A DNA stretch of 64,000 nt from Octopus sinensis. Lineage: Eukaryota. The stretch covers positions 66,836,001 through 66,900,000 of the forward strand of contig NC_043001.1 of NCBI RefSeq assembly GCF_006345805.1. Direction: 5' to 3'. Numbering within the stretch: the first letter of the stretch is position 1; every line of letters begins with the position of its first letter. The notes below the pieces were generated by a model that worked only from the letters and a program-made list of their open reading frames with translations, had not been told where the DNA came from and did no database searches. Below are positions 62,648 through 64,000 of the stretch, in pieces. The position numbers and the translations under genes were made by a program.

Positions 62648-63170
62648 ATTATTCAAGTCACTGCCCGGAATCAAACTCGGAATCTTGGGGATAGTAAGCT
62701 GCGCTCTTAACCACTATGTCATATACCTTCATCATGATTATTTTGGTGTTTTATTTTTCATGCTTGCATGGATCATTTGAGATTTTATTTAAGGCATAAT
62801 TTTTTAGAGCCTCAGTCTATCAATGAACAGTGCAGACGTATATCTTTTAGGGAACTACAAACAAATGACACCATTTGTATGAACAAGGAGGCTTTTGTTT
62901 ACAATTAGCATGCATATGATGAGGGAGAATACAAACTCTGTCACACACACACACACATAGCATTCGCACAGCATACACATAGCATACATATACATACACA
63001 CACTTGATAAGCTTCTTTCAGTATCCATTTATAAACTGCACTCTCAAGGTATTGGTGAACCCCAGGCTATAGTAGTTGATACTGACAGCACCCATGCAGT
63101 GAGATTGAATCTCTAACCATATGGTGGCATAACTGTAAATTAAGGTAAAATACTTTATAGTATCTTCCTG

Positions 63171-63278
63171 AAATACCTTGGTGGTGATAGCTACCCAAAT
63201 GGATAAAATACCTTGATGGAGATAGCTACCCAAATGGATAAAATACCTTGATGGAGATAGCTACCCAAATGGATAAAA
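63171..63278. repeat. 35-bp tandem repeat, about 3.1 copies
   Basis: aaataccttg(g/a)tgg(t/a)gatagctacccaaatggata at 63171, 63206 and 63241. Confidence 0.95.
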
Positions 63279-64000
63279 CTCAGCAGGTGAACAGAGATCA
63301 ATAAAACATCAAGACTGAGTATTCATGTTGACATAATTCATCTTTTAACATGGTACCCTAGAATAATGTCACTTTTCTGACTGAAACTAATGAAAGAATA
63401 AAAGATCTCAGAAACATGTGTGTGTGTGTATGTATGCATACAGAACCATTTTATCCTATGTTTTTCAAACTTAATTCAACAATATTAATCCTTCTGTCAA
63501 AAACCATAATCTCTCTTAATCCCTGTTAACAACTACTTTGACAATCTGTGCTCTCTCTCTCTCTCTCAAATGCCAGCCATTCCACATGACTGCCCCTTTA
63601 TTGCCAGACAATTCATCTAGACTTCCCACCCACATCTAACTCTATGTCAATTTCTACCTTAAACTGTCAACAACTAACCAAGGCTGCCATGTTGCTCTCT
63701 TAGTACATTCGAAGTAACTTCACAGGGTGGAATGTTTAGTGTGATACACCTCAGGTACCCCTTATATGACAAACCTACAGAGTAATATGTTGTGGTGTGA
63801 AGCACTGCATGTTCCCTAGTATGACAAACCTAGATGATGGAATATCCTGTATGAAGCCCTGCAACTCTCTTTCAGATTCCTAACACCATTAACAATAACA
63901 ATACATGCCATCAAGGAAGCTTTTATATTGTTATTCAGTCCACCAGAAATAGTAGCCAAATCTTCCTCAAATCACACTTCATGTTGGAAAAGGAGGAACA

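Larger units (their letters stand above)
61388..62727 (-). mobile_element. tRNA-headed SINE with (AAT)n linker and hammerhead-bearing tail, split by an RTE insertion
   Basis: Head at 62654-62727 (A-box tgacatagtgg, B-box gagtttgattc) ends in gaataat; the (AAT)n run resumes at 61560 and leads into the tail. attatt directly flanks the inserted LINE on both sides (61555-61560, 62648-62653). Confidence 0.75.

Noticed and set aside
62654-62727. tRNA gene (also SINE heads at 3955, 15580, 23700, 57420)
   Set aside because: A and B boxes are present but there is no complete cloverleaf or acceptor stem; they are SINE heads.
44067-64000. Downstream PHLDB coiled-coil and PH-domain exons
   Set aside because: No PH signature (such as KMGGxIKxWxKRWF) was seen; they probably lie outside the window, though small exons could have been missed.

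Overview
AT-rich, microsatellite-dense animal genomic DNA, very probably octopus, judged from its SINE and RTE LINE families as I recall them (not database-checked). Almost all of the window is intronic or repetitive. The only convincing host coding sequence is one large + strand exon (42391-44066, phase 1 in, phase 0 out) of a PHLDB/LL5-family gene; its FHA and PH exons were not found here. The rest is nested mobile DNA: 5'-truncated RTE LINEs with a hairpin-built 3'-UTR VNTR and (GAT)n tails, an R4/Dong-type LINE in (ATT)n, a near full-length Tc1-like element with DD36E spacing, a DD34E Tc1 fragment, a mariner relic, TTAA MITEs and several tRNA-derived SINE families. The most interesting object is a tRNA-headed SINE on the minus strand (61388-62727), split by an RTE insertion, whose 3' half carries a minimal type I hammerhead ribozyme of the Penelope kind (61437-61482). 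Several near-perfect fold-backs, some at retroelement junctions, and a CCAAT x3 + TATA candidate internal promoter also deserve follow-up. Most repeat boundaries are approximate (about 10-20 bp).
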